The notes below the pieces were generated by a model. The model did not search any database and had not been told where the DNA came from. It worked only from the letters and a program-made list of their open reading frames with translations. Position numbers and translations under genes: made by a program. From contig JAAYAX010000006.1 in NCBI GenBank assembly GCA_012719175.1, positions 17,777 to 81,776 of the forward strand: a stretch of 64,000 nucleotides of DNA, in the 5' to 3' direction. Below, one piece after another: positions 27,771 through 37,553 of the stretch. Numbering within the stretch: position 1 is the stretch's first letter; each line of letters begins with the position of its first letter. Source of the stretch: Methanomassiliicoccus sp. (GTDB taxonomy: Archaea > Thermoplasmatota > Thermoplasmata > Methanomassiliicoccales > Methanomassiliicoccaceae).

Positions 27771-27902
27771 ATGTATAAACCATTTTCTGAGCTATTTAAA
27801 AATCATGACCTCATGATAATGCCACGCCATTTGGGAAATGGGGCCGTAGGAAATGATGTATGTTCAGCAAACTCTTTTATCGCCAGCGACGATGTTCCGG
27901 CC

Positions 27903-28403
27903 ATGTGGTATTCCCTCTCCAAGTACTTCGGACGATATCCTTCACAAGGTAAGGTTGCCAGACTTCTGATGACAAATGGTCTGAGGGTCAAGGAAGGACG
28001 TATCTATTCCGGGGAGGTGGAGATAGGGGATGTGGCGGTGGCCCGGGCCATCAACGTGGACAGGAGGATCGTCAGGGCTGCCGTGGAGACCATAGAGTCG
28101 ACGGAGGAACTGAAGAGGGTCTTCACGGCTCTTCTCCCCACCGCCATGCTCAAGGAGGTCGCGCCTCTGATGGGATGGAGCTGTATAGAGGTCATCCCTA
28201 CGGATGCTCACGTACCAGGCATTATCGCTGATGTGACCGGGGTAATTGCAGAGGCGGGAATAAGCGTGAGGCAGGCCATGGTCGATGACCCCGAGCTGAC
28301 GGACGAACCGAGGCTCTATGTGATAACTGGCAGCGAGGTGCCGCCGGAGCTGATACCACGTATCAAGATATGCCGGGGCGTAAAGAGCCTCATCATTCAC
28401 TAG
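27903..28403 (+). CDS. ACT-domain predicted regulator of amino-acid metabolism (COG2150-like)
   Basis: MWYSLSKYFGRYPSQGKVARLLM..G.RV, C-terminal ACT (VPGIIADVTGVIAEAGISVRQ); start chosen at ATG 27903 to leave a promoter region. Confidence 0.7.
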   Translation: MWYSLSKYFGRYPSQGKVARLLMTNGLRVKEGRIYSGEVEIGDVAVARAINVDRRIVRAAVETIESTEELKRVFTALLPTAMLKEVAPLMGWSCIEVIPTDAHVPGIIADVTGVIAEAGISVRQAMVDDPELTDEPRLYVITGSEVPPELIPRIKICRGVKSLIIH

Positions 28404-28414
28404 ATGTGAGCTTT

Positions 28415-28438
28415 GGCCCGAGCAGCATGGGCCTTTTT
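28415..28438 (+). terminator. hairpin GGCCC-N9-GGGCC followed by T5
   Basis: Read directly 12 nt after the ACT gene stop. Confidence 0.4.
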
Positions 28439-28566
28439 ACAAAGACCATTGGTACCTCTTCTGTGGCAGGACCTCCTGGCCGCCCCGGGAAGGTTCGAGC
28501 ATACCGACCGGGTGCTCTACTTCCCGGATGCCGGTCCTGCCTTGATAGCCGAATCCAATCGCACCC

Positions 28567-31500
28567 TTAACAGCTCTTCTGATAGGAGCCGATATCGACG
28601 ACGTCCAGCGGACCAAGGCGGGAGCGCTTCATGGCCGCCACGGCGGCGTGGGCGGCCTGCACCGTTGTCAAGAAGGGGATCTCCAGCTCCACTGCCAGAC
28701 GCCTCATCATAAAGCCGTCCCGGCGCGCACCCGAGGCCTCGCTAGGAGTGTTGATGATGAGATTGATGTCACCGTTGCGCATCAGACCCAGGGCATCCGG
28801 GTCCATGTTCTGAGAGATGGTGTACACGGTGGTGGTATGCAACCTCTGTTCACGCAAGTAGGTCGAGGTGCCCTTGGTGGCGAATATGCGGAAGCCCATT
28901 TCCTGCAGCTCCCTGGCGATGCTCAATATTTTTGGTTTGTCCTCGTCGTTGACGGTGATGTACACACCGCCTGACGCTGGGAGCTTGAGCCCCGCGGAGA
29001 TGAGGGCCTTGTAGCAGGCAGCGTCGAAATTGCGATCGATGCCCATGACCTCGCCAGTGGACCTCATCTCCGGTCCGAGGATGGAGTCCACGCCTGGCAA
29101 CTTAAGGAAGGGGAATACCGACGCCTTCACCGCGACATGGTTGAACTGGGGGACGCCCACGCAACCCAGCTCCTTCAGGGTCCGGCCCAGCATGACCTTG
29201 GTGGCTATCTTGGCTAGGGGGCGCCCAATGGCCTTGGACACGAAGGGAACGGTCCTGGAGGCCCGAGGGTTGGCCTCGATCATATATACCTCCCCCTCTT
29301 TCACGGCCAGTTGAAGATTGAGAAGTCCCCGGACGTTGAGGCCTCTTGCGACCTTATCGGAGATGCTGATGATCTCCGCCATGATCTCCGGGGACAGGGT
29401 CTGGGGGGGCATGGTCATGGTGGCATCTCCGGAGTGCACCCCGGCCTCCTCTACGTGCTCCAGTATCCCTCCGATGAACACGTCCGTTCCGTCGGCGACT
29501 ATGTCCACATCTATCTCGATGGCATGGGAGAGGTACTTGTCCACGAGGATGGGGTGCTTCTTGGACACCTTCACCGCCGTGGCCACGTAGGTCCGCAGCT
29601 CATCCTCGCTGTAGACTATCTCCATGGCCCGTCCTCCGATGACGTACGAAGGGCGCACCAGCACCGGATATCCTATCTGCTCGGCGATGACCTTGACCTC
29701 GTCGAAGGAGTAGCCCGTACCGGAGCGCGGCTGCAAAATGCCTAGCCTGTCCATCAGCGCCGAGAACAGTTTCCGGTCCTCGGCCACATCCACATCCTCC
29801 GGGGATGTACCCAGGACCCTGGTCTTCTTTCCCCTGAGGGCCTTCAGCAGGGGCATGGCCAGGTTGATCGCGGTCTGACCTCCGAACTGGAGGATCACGC
29901 CATCGGCATCCTCGTTCTCGATGATGTTCAGGACGTCCTCCAAGGTCAGCGGCTCGAAGTACAGGCGGTCCGATATGTCATAGTCGGTGGACACCGTCTC
30001 CGGGTTGTTGTTGATGATGATGGCATCAACGTTCTCCTCCTGCAGGGCCATGACCCCGTGCACGCAGGCGTAGTCGAACTCGATCCCCTGGCCGATGCGT
30101 ATAGGTCCTCCGCCGACGATGATGACCTTCTTATTGGCGGACGGGCGGGCCTCGTTCTCCGTCTCATAGGTAGAGTAGAAATAAGGGGTCTCCGCCTTGA
30201 ACTCCGCCGCACAGGTGTCCACCATCTTGTACGTGGGTATTAGCTTTACTTCCTTCCGCAGCTCCCTGACCCTCTCCGCATCGAGGCCGGCAAGCTTGGC
30301 TATGGCTTCATCGGAGAACCCCAGACGCTTGGCCTTCCTCAGAACGGCTGCCGAGGGTTCACTTCCTCCCTTCAAATCGGCCTCCATGTCCAGGATGTTC
30401 TGGACCTTCTGCACGAAGAACGCATCCCATTTCGTGATCTCTGAGATCCGCTGGACGCTCATGCCTCGCCTCAATGCCTCGGCGATGACGAACAGCCTCT
30501 GGTCTGTGGCGGTGTTCAGCTCTCTGACCATCACTTCGTCGGTCCAATTGCCGGGCTCCAGGTACTCCTGGTCGATCTCCAGGGACCGGACGGCCTTCAG
30601 GAGCCCTTCCTCAATTGTCCGCCCTATGGCCATGACCTCCCCGGTGCTCTTCATCTGGGTGCCCAGGGTCCGGTCCACGGTGCGGAACTTGTCGAAGGGC
30701 CACCTCGGTATCTTCAGGACCACATAGTCCAGGGTCGGCTCGAAGGCCGCGTAGGTCTTACCAGTTATCCTGTTGGGTATCTCGTCAAGGTCATAGCCGA
30801 CAGCGATCTTGGCGGCCACCCTCGCTATCGGATATCCCGTGGCCTTGGAGGCCAGGGCCGATGACCGGGACACTCTGGGGTTCACCTCGATGACCCGGTA
30901 CTCCTTGGTATCGGGGTCCAGGGCGAATTGGATGTTGCACCCGCCCTCTATCTGAAGGGCCCGGATGGTCTTGATGGTGGCGTTCCGCAGCCGCTGATGG
31001 TCCACATCGCTGAGCGTCTGTGCAGGAGCGATGACTATGGACTCCCCGGTGTGGATGCCCATGGGGTCCAGGTTCTCCATGTTGCAGATGATGACGCAAT
31101 TGTCCTTGGCATCCCTCATTACCTCGTACTCGAACTCCTTCCAGCCCAGGACCGATTCCTCTATGAGGACCTGGTGGATCCTGGAGTATATGAGGCCGCG
31201 CCCAGTGATGTTGATGAGCTCCTCCTCGCTGTAGGCGATCCCCCCTCCCGTTCCCCCCAGGGTGTAAGCAGGACGGATGAGGACCGGGTAGCGTCCCAGC
31301 TCCTTGGCCGCGACCAGGGCCTCCTCGACACTGTGGACCGTCTTGCTCTTGGGGATGGGCTCTCCTATCTTGAGCATCATCTCCCGGAAGAGCTCCCGGT
31401 CCTCGGACAGGGCGATGGCATGGGGCTGCGTCCCCAGCAGCTGTATGCCCAGGCGGTCCAGGGTACCGTTCTCCGCTAGCTCAGAGCATATATTGAGGGC

Positions 31501-31779
31501 GGTCTGACCACCCATGCCTGAGAGTATGCCGTCCACATTCTCCTTCTCGGCAATGCGGGCGACGGTCTCCGCGTTGAGCGGTTCAATGTACACCACGTCG
31601 GCCGTCTCCACGTCCGTCTGGATGGTGGCGGGGTTGGAGTTGACGAGCACAGTGGTGTACCCTTCCTCCCGCAACGAGCGGCATGCTTGGGACCCGGAGA
31701 AGTCGAACTCGGCGGCCTGTCCGATGACTATGGGGCCAGAGCCGATGACCATGATCTTCTTCAGGTCTGTTCGCTTCAT
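28567..31779 (-). CDS. carB: carbamoyl-phosphate synthase large subunit
   Basis: KIMVIGSGPIVIGQAAEFDFSGSQA, duplicated ATP-grasp halves, 1070 aa. Confidence 0.96.
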   Translation of the reverse strand: MKRTDLKKIMVIGSGPIVIGQAAEFDFSGSQACRSLREEGYTTVLVNSNPATIQTDVETADVVYIEPLNAETVARIAEKENVDGILSGMGGQTALNICSELAENGTLDRLGIQLLGTQPHAIALSEDRELFREMMLKIGEPIPKSKTVHSVEEALVAAKELGRYPVLIRPAYTLGGTGGGIAYSEEELINITGRGLIYSRIHQVLIEESVLGWKEFEYEVMRDAKDNCVIICNMENLDPMGIHTGESIVIAPAQTLSDVDHQRLRNATIKTIRALQIEGGCNIQFALDPDTKEYRVIEVNPRVSRSSALASKATGYPIARVAAKIAVGYDLDEIPNRITGKTYAAFEPTLDYVVLKIPRWPFDKFRTVDRTLGTQMKSTGEVMAIGRTIEEGLLKAVRSLEIDQEYLEPGNWTDEVMVRELNTATDQRLFVIAEALRRGMSVQRISEITKWDAFFVQKVQNILDMEADLKGGSEPSAAVLRKAKRLGFSDEAIAKLAGLDAERVRELRKEVKLIPTYKMVDTCAAEFKAETPYFYSTYETENEARPSANKKVIIVGGGPIRIGQGIEFDYACVHGVMALQEENVDAIIINNNPETVSTDYDISDRLYFEPLTLEDVLNIIENEDADGVILQFGGQTAINLAMPLLKALRGKKTRVLGTSPEDVDVAEDRKLFSALMDRLGILQPRSGTGYSFDEVKVIAEQIGYPVLVRPSYVIGGRAMEIVYSEDELRTYVATAVKVSKKHPILVDKYLSHAIEIDVDIVADGTDVFIGGILEHVEEAGVHSGDATMTMPPQTLSPEIMAEIISISDKVARGLNVRGLLNLQLAVKEGEVYMIEANPRASRTVPFVSKAIGRPLAKIATKVMLGRTLKELGCVGVPQFNHVAVKASVFPFLKLPGVDSILGPEMRSTGEVMGIDRNFDAACYKALISAGLKLPASGGVYITVNDEDKPKILSIARELQEMGFRIFATKGTSTYLREQRLHTTTVYTISQNMDPDALGLMRNGDINLIINTPSEASGARRDGFMMRRLAVELEIPFLTTVQAAHAAVAAMKRSRLGPLDVVDIGSYQKSC

Positions 31780-32858
31780 CGCCTTTCCTCCAGGATCTTC
31801 TTGAACTCATCGAAAAGGAAGGTAGTGTCGTGGGGACCGGCCGACGCCTCAGGGTGGTACTGCACCGCGAAGATGGGCAGCTCCTCATGCCTCATCCCAT
31901 CCACGCTTCCGTCGTTCACGTTCACATGGTCCACGATCAGACCGGACCCGTCGATGGTCTCGGGGTCCACCACGTAGCCATGGTTCTGTGAGGTGATGTA
32001 GATGCGGCCATTATGCTTCACTGGCTGGTTCACTCCCCTGTGGCCGAACTTCATCTTGTACGTGCTCCCCCCGAAGGCCCGGGCCAGAAGCTGGTTGCCC
32101 ATGCAGATGCCCATGATGGGCAGCTCCTCCTTGAGGTCCCTTATGGTCTTCACGACCGTCGTCTGCAGCTCGGGATGGGCGGGGTCCCCAGGACCGTTGG
32201 AGAGGAACAGGCCGTCTATCTCCAGGTCCCGCAGCGCGGAGGCCGGGGTGTCATATGGCACCTGGACGACCTCGAACCTCTTCCTCAGCTCCCTGATGAT
32301 ATTGTTCTTCACCCCGCAATCGATGAGCCCCACTCTCTTGGAGCCCACCCTATCGTACTTGATGACCTTCTTCACGCTGGCCTCGGCCACCAAGTTCGAC
32401 TCTGAGGGATATGGCATCTGCCGCACCTTTTCGAGGACCTCCTCGGGGTCCTCTTCGAAGGCGATGGCTCCTTTCAGGACGCCCTTCTCCCGTATTCCGA
32501 TGATCAGAGACCTCGTGTCCAGTCCTGAGATGCCCGGCACCCTGTCCCTTTTCAGGAGATCGTCCAGGCTTCCGTTGCCGTATGTCATCGAGGGGTGATC
32601 GCACGCCTCCCTCACCACATACCCCCGGACCTGCACCTCCGAGGACTCCGAGAACCTGTCATTCACTCCGTAATTGCCTATTATGGGGTGGGACATGATA
32701 AGAATCTGGCCTTTGTAGGAGGGGTCTGTGAGGCTTTCCTGGTAGCCGCACATGCCGGTGTTGAAGACGACCTCTCCGTACACCGTTCTCTCAAAACCAA
32801 AGCCAGTGCCCTCAGCTATGGTCCCGTTTTCGAGGATGAGGTGGCACTGATTTACCAT
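31776..32858 (-). CDS. carA: carbamoyl-phosphate synthase small (glutaminase) subunit
   Basis: GMCGYQESLTDPSY.GQI, GICMGNQ catalytic Cys, ATGA overlap with carB. Confidence 0.95.
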   Translation of the reverse strand: MVNQCHLILENGTIAEGTGFGFERTVYGEVVFNTGMCGYQESLTDPSYKGQILIMSHPIIGNYGVNDRFSESSEVQVRGYVVREACDHPSMTYGNGSLDDLLKRDRVPGISGLDTRSLIIGIREKGVLKGAIAFEEDPEEVLEKVRQMPYPSESNLVAEASVKKVIKYDRVGSKRVGLIDCGVKNNIIRELRKRFEVVQVPYDTPASALRDLEIDGLFLSNGPGDPAHPELQTTVVKTIRDLKEELPIMGICMGNQLLARAFGGSTYKMKFGHRGVNQPVKHNGRIYITSQNHGYVVDPETIDGSGLIVDHVNVNDGSVDGMRHEELPIFAVQYHPEASAGPHDTTFLFDEFKKILEERR

Positions 32859-32952
32859 CGAGATTTTGCAGAAATGGTGTGTTATACTTAAGGTTTGGCA
32901 TCTATGGCCGGACAGATCTCTCCTTCATTGTCCAATTCAGGACATAGGCTCA

Positions 32953-33522
32953 TCACGACACACCCGATCCCGAACCGAAGCCCTGCCTCGATCGCAACAA
33001 CCACAGGATGAGGCCGATGAGGAACAGTGCGATGCCAAGCTCCGTGATCACTGAACCAATGGCCGTTATCTGAGAGTCGACGATGCTCATGGCCTGGAAC
33101 AGATAAGAGACACTCATTGCGATCTCCATGATCACCCCTATGATGCAGATCACAGCGCCACCCATCAGCAGGATGGTGGCCATGCCCCTCCCATCTCCGT
33201 CGAACCTGCCCCCTCGCAGGTAGGTGGTCGTCCCCAGGATTACGAGAACCGTTCCAAGGAGCCCGAACATGTTTAGGAGGAACATCACTGGGTACACAGG
33301 CGACAGGTCCCAGTCCATGTTGCTGATACTGAACATGTAAGTGAACGCGATGGAGAAAAGAAAAGATAACACCAACAGTCCAGAGCCCAAGATCAATAGC
33401 GTGATGCCCAATCTCGTCCGCATTAGCGAACCGTTCACGTTTCCGGTGATCAAGGTGTTCCCACACCGTCCACAGTAAAGATTGTCCTCGGGATTTTCGT
33501 TGTTGCACCGACCGCAGATCAT
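32953..33522 (-). CDS. zinc-ribbon membrane protein, function unknown
   Basis: MICGRCNNENPEDNLYCGRCG then about four hydrophobic helices. Confidence 0.6.
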   Translation of the reverse strand: MICGRCNNENPEDNLYCGRCGNTLITGNVNGSLMRTRLGITLLILGSGLLVLSFLFSIAFTYMFSISNMDWDLSPVYPVMFLLNMFGLLGTVLVILGTTTYLRGGRFDGDGRGMATILLMGGAVICIIGVIMEIAMSVSYLFQAMSIVDSQITAIGSVITELGIALFLIGLILWLLRSRQGFGSGSGVS

Positions 33523-33733
33523 TATCTACTTCCCCACTAGGTCTACCGCGGGATCAATTATTTGTCGATATCATCGTGATTCTGGAACGTAGACATCAGA
33601 GCAGATAACCCTGCCTTGAGCGGTGCCTCAGGGAAATGTAGCATCAGGTTGGGACATTATTCCGATATCCAGCACCAGATGGGCACCGGCCTGAGGGATA
33701 TCATAAAATAACTTCAAATCATCGCATCTCCCG

Positions 33734-34774
33734 ATGCGCGTCCTCCATCAAGACCGCCAGGCGGGGGAGATCAAGTTCCAGGTGGAGACCCTCGACGACC
33801 TTTGGCATCTGTACAATATCATCCTGCCAGGGGACATCGTCATTTCCGTCACCTACCGTAGGGACGAGTCCAAGACCGATAAGCTCCGCGCGGAGCGAGG
33901 AGAGAAAAAGCGAATGGTCCTGGGCATACGCACCGAGAACGTGGATTTCCATGAATCGGAGAGCCGCCTGAGGGTGCACGGCGTGATCGTGGAGGGGCCC
34001 CAGGACGTAGGTTCATACCATACCCTGAACCTTGCTGAGGGTGACGTCCTGACGGTGCGCAAGACCGATTGGTCACCATCTATCCTGGAGAGGGTCAAGA
34101 GGGCGGTGGAGGACTCCAGGAAGCCGAGGATACTGTTCGTGTCCCTGGAGAACGACGAGGCTGTGATAGCCATAGCGCGTCAGTTCGGGATACAAGAGGT
34201 GGCACGGATCTACGCCCCCTCATCAGGCAAGATGTACGAACAGAAGGAGGACCGCAACTATTACGAGGACATCGTGGAGAAGGTCAAGCAGGCCGCTCAA
34301 CCGGGGGTGCCCCTCGTGATACTGGGCCCCGGGTTCGCCAAGGAGGCCCTCGTGACACTAGGGAAGGAGCGGGAACCGGACATATTCAGGGGCGCTCATG
34401 TCTACCATACCGGGCAGGCAGGCATGCCCGGCGTCCACGAGCTCATGAAAGCGGGCCTGGGAACAGAGGTGGTGCAAGGCTCCCGTGCCGCCATGGAGAC
34501 CAAGGTGGTGGAGGACGTGCTCACCGAGATCGCCAAGGATGGGCCGGTGGCCTATGGCCCTGCCGAAGTGGAGAGGGCCGTGTTGATGGGCGCGGTGGAG
34601 ACGTTGCTCATACTAGACAGCATCGTCCGCCAGAACAGGTCAGGGCCCCTGATGTCCCAAGTGGAGGCCTCCCGGGGAAAGGTCATCGTCGTCAGCGAAA
34701 GGTTCGAGGCAGGACAGAAGCTTGAGTCCATCGGAGGCATCGCCGCCCTCCTGCGCTTCCGCCTACCTTCCTAA
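33734..34774 (+). CDS. pelA: mRNA surveillance protein Pelota
   Basis: KF.VETLDDLWHLYNII..GD, eRF1-like domains, 346 aa. Confidence 0.9.
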   Translation: MRVLHQDRQAGEIKFQVETLDDLWHLYNIILPGDIVISVTYRRDESKTDKLRAERGEKKRMVLGIRTENVDFHESESRLRVHGVIVEGPQDVGSYHTLNLAEGDVLTVRKTDWSPSILERVKRAVEDSRKPRILFVSLENDEAVIAIARQFGIQEVARIYAPSSGKMYEQKEDRNYYEDIVEKVKQAAQPGVPLVILGPGFAKEALVTLGKEREPDIFRGAHVYHTGQAGMPGVHELMKAGLGTEVVQGSRAAMETKVVEDVLTEIAKDGPVAYGPAEVERAVLMGAVETLLILDSIVRQNRSGPLMSQVEASRGKVIVVSERFEAGQKLESIGGIAALLRFRLPS

Positions 34775-35094
34775 CCAAAACGCCGTAATTCACAAAGTAC
34801 ATTCAATGATTCATATCTTAATCAAGAGGGCAGCATGGCTACGATTTCGGTGTAAAGTATACAAAACAATTTAAGTACAAAACCTATGATAACGAGAATA
34901 CCAGGCCCTAACCCTTTATATTACGGGTAGAACAGAATGGACGCTGATGTTCGGATGCGGTTGTTTCACAAGGGAGAAGCGGGCCATCTGCCTGACCTGT
35001 GGGCGAACGCTCTTGACACATACTTATGTAGGGCTCGCAGCGAGGATCCTGCTGTATCCGCTGGTACTTGTGCGTGCGGGGCTGGAGCAATGAT

Positions 35095-36282
35095 ATGGGA
35101 GACGAAAAAATGAGGGACAAAGGAAATGTCCTCGCGAAGTTGGCGAAGAGAAAGCTGAAGGTCTGCGACACCACCCTCAGGGATGGAGAGCAAGCGGCAG
35201 GCATCGTATTCGCCAACCTGGAGAAGGTGCGCATAGCCAAGCTGCTGGACGAGATCGGGGTCCAGCAGATCGAGGCAGGCATACCGGCGATGGGCGGCGA
35301 TGAGAAGGCCGCCATCAAGCGCATAGCCCATCTGGGACTTGACGCCTCCATCCTGGGATGGAACCGGGCCTCCAAGGAGGATATCTCCAATAGCATCGAC
35401 TGTGACGTGGACTCCGTGGCCATATCCATGTCCTCATCTGACATCCATATCGAGCATAAGCTGATGAAGAGCCGGGAATGGGTCCTGGAGAGGATAGTGG
35501 AGTCGGTGGAGTACGCTGCCGCTCACGGCATGTACATATCTGTAAATGCCGAGGACGCCTCCCGCGCCGATCCGGAGTTCATGCTGGAGTTCGCCCGCAC
35601 TGCCAAGGAAGCGGGTGCTGACAGGGTCCGCTACTGTGATACCTTGGGCATCCTTACTCCGTCGGTGACCTACGACGCTATCCTGAACATCATGGAAAAG
35701 GTCAACATCCCTATTGAGATGCACACCCACAACGATTTCGGGATGGCCACAGCCAATGCCATCTCCGGTGTGCAGGCCGGCGCTACTTTCCTGAGCACCA
35801 CTGTCATGGGCATCGGAGAGAGGACCGGCAACTCTCCCCTGGAGGAGGTCGTTATGGCCTCAAAGCACCTCCTGGGAATCGATACTGGTATCGATACCAA
35901 ACGTCTCCGGGAGATATCCGAGTACGTTGCCCGGGCATCCAGCAGGGAGATCCCCGCATGGAAGCCCATCGTGGGACAGAACTGCTTCGCCCACGAGGCG
36001 GGCATTCATACCGATGGGGTCATGAAGTACCTGTCCAACTACGAGCCGTACTCCCCGGAGGAGGTGGGCATGACCCGTAAGATCATAGTGGGCAAGCACT
36101 CCGGAAGGAGCACCATAAAGCAGATCCTGGAGACCAGGGGCATCGAGCTGGATGACAACTCCGCCGCAGCCATACTAGAGGTGGTGCGTGCTACGTCGGT
36201 CTCCCTGAAGCGCTCCCTGTCCGAGAACGAACTGCTGTACATATATCAAGATTACAAGGAGGGGACGAACCCCGGCCAATGA
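35095..36282 (+). CDS. homocitrate synthase-like (AksA/NifV-type, no LeuA regulatory domain)
   Basis: VCDTTLRDGEQ, HTHND, 395 aa from first ATG (track start 35068 is TTG). Confidence 0.8.
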   Translation: MGDEKMRDKGNVLAKLAKRKLKVCDTTLRDGEQAAGIVFANLEKVRIAKLLDEIGVQQIEAGIPAMGGDEKAAIKRIAHLGLDASILGWNRASKEDISNSIDCDVDSVAISMSSSDIHIEHKLMKSREWVLERIVESVEYAAAHGMYISVNAEDASRADPEFMLEFARTAKEAGADRVRYCDTLGILTPSVTYDAILNIMEKVNIPIEMHTHNDFGMATANAISGVQAGATFLSTTVMGIGERTGNSPLEEVVMASKHLLGIDTGIDTKRLREISEYVARASSREIPAWKPIVGQNCFAHEAGIHTDGVMKYLSNYEPYSPEEVGMTRKIIVGKHSGRSTIKQILETRGIELDDNSAAAILEVVRATSVSLKRSLSENELLYIYQDYKEGTNPGQ

Positions 36283-36299
36283 AAAAAAGGTGAGATAAT

Positions 36300-37553
36300 A
36301 TGGGAACCATTTCCGAGAAGATCCTATCCGCGCATGCCGGTAAGGAGGTACGCGCCGGAGACATATGCATAGTGCCGGTCGATTTCATGATGTCCCAGGA
36401 CGGGACCACAGGATTGACCATCAAGGCGTTCAAGCAGATGGCCGCCAAGGCCGTCGCCAACCCCAAGAAGTACGCCATCGTCATCGATCATAACTCCCCC
36501 TCGCCCATGGAGTCGGTGTCCAACATCCATAAGGAGATGAGGGATTTCGCCAACGACCAGGGTTCCATCATCTATGATGTGGGGGAAGGGGTATGCCATC
36601 AGCTCCTCCCCGAGAAGGGGCACGTGCTCCCCGGCAACGTGGTCATCGGCGGCGACTCCCACACCTGCACCTATGGCGCGTTGAACGTGTTCGCCACCGG
36701 AGTAGGCTCCACCGACCTGGCGGCCGCTCTGGTCACCGGCAAGACGTGGTTCCGGGTGCCCAGCACCATCAAGTTCGTCTATGACGGCATCTTGCCTGAG
36801 GGTACCCACTCCAAGGATGTCATCCTGCATATGTGCAAGACCCTCACCTCTCGGGGAGCCACCTACAAGGCCCTGGAGATCTACGGGACGGTCATCGACT
36901 CCCTGTCCGTGGATGCCCGGATGACCATCTCCAACATGGTCGTGGAGGTCGGGGCCAAGGTCGGCCTCATGCCCTGCGACGGCCGTGTACGCGAGTACGT
37001 CCGTCAGAGGACCAACGCCCCCTTCAAAGGTGTGGAGGCCTCTGGTTCGGCCATTTACGAGCGCGTGATCCGCGAGGACCTCTCTGACCTGCCGCCTCAG
37101 GTGGCCAAGCCCCATGAGGTGGACAATGTCGTGGACGTCTCCCAGGTGACTGGAACGGAGCTGGACCAGGTATACATCGGGACCTGCACCAACGGCCGGC
37201 TGGAGGACCTCAGGATAGCATCCGAGATCCTGGCCGGAAAGAAGGTCGCCCGGGGGGTACGCCTCATCGTCGCCCCGGCGTCCCGGAACGTGCTTCTGGA
37301 CGCCATGAGGGAGGGCTACATCGACAGGCTCGTGAGGGCCGGCGCCACCGTTATCGCCCCCTCCTGCGGACCTTGCGTGGGTACGTGCAACGGCGTGCCC
37401 TCGGACGCGGAGACCGTTCTCTCCACCGCCAACCGCAACTTCAAGGGCCGCATGGGCAACACCAAGGCGGAGATCTACCTCAGCAGCCCCGCCACCGCCG
37501 CTTACTCGGCCATGCTCGGACACATCGCAGACATCAGGGAGGTGCAGAAATGA
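36300..37553 (+). CDS. aconitase-family dehydratase large subunit (HacA/LeuC-type)
   Basis: 417 aa, IGGDSHT, GTCTNGR, CGPCVG Fe-S ligands. Confidence 0.88.
   Translation: MGTISEKILSAHAGKEVRAGDICIVPVDFMMSQDGTTGLTIKAFKQMAAKAVANPKKYAIVIDHNSPSPMESVSNIHKEMRDFANDQGSIIYDVGEGVCHQLLPEKGHVLPGNVVIGGDSHTCTYGALNVFATGVGSTDLAAALVTGKTWFRVPSTIKFVYDGILPEGTHSKDVILHMCKTLTSRGATYKALEIYGTVIDSLSVDARMTISNMVVEVGAKVGLMPCDGRVREYVRQRTNAPFKGVEASGSAIYERVIREDLSDLPPQVAKPHEVDNVVDVSQVTGTELDQVYIGTCTNGRLEDLRIASEILAGKKVARGVRLIVAPASRNVLLDAMREGYIDRLVRAGATVIAPSCGPCVGTCNGVPSDAETVLSTANRNFKGRMGNTKAEIYLSSPATAAYSAMLGHIADIREVQK

Noticed and set aside
32888-33508. 206-aa minus-strand ORF overlapping the zinc-ribbon membrane gene
   Set aside because: It is an alternate frame of 32953-33522. 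The chosen frame gives a clean CxxC..CxxC ribbon plus TM helices, while the alternative is His/Arg/Gly-rich.
34886-34947. Possible C/D-box sRNA in the 320-nt region upstream of the homocitrate-synthase-like gene (ATGATAA ... CTGA, 62 nt)
   Set aside because: The C box deviates from RUGAUGA. No internal C-prime/D-prime boxes or terminal stem were seen. Chance occurrence is likely.
34775-35094. Mini-ORFs in the same leader (MATISV, MITRIPGPNPLYYG) as possible attenuation peptides
   Set aside because: There is no run of regulatory codons and no alternative terminator/antiterminator hairpins that I could see. Leader-peptide attenuation is not established in archaea.
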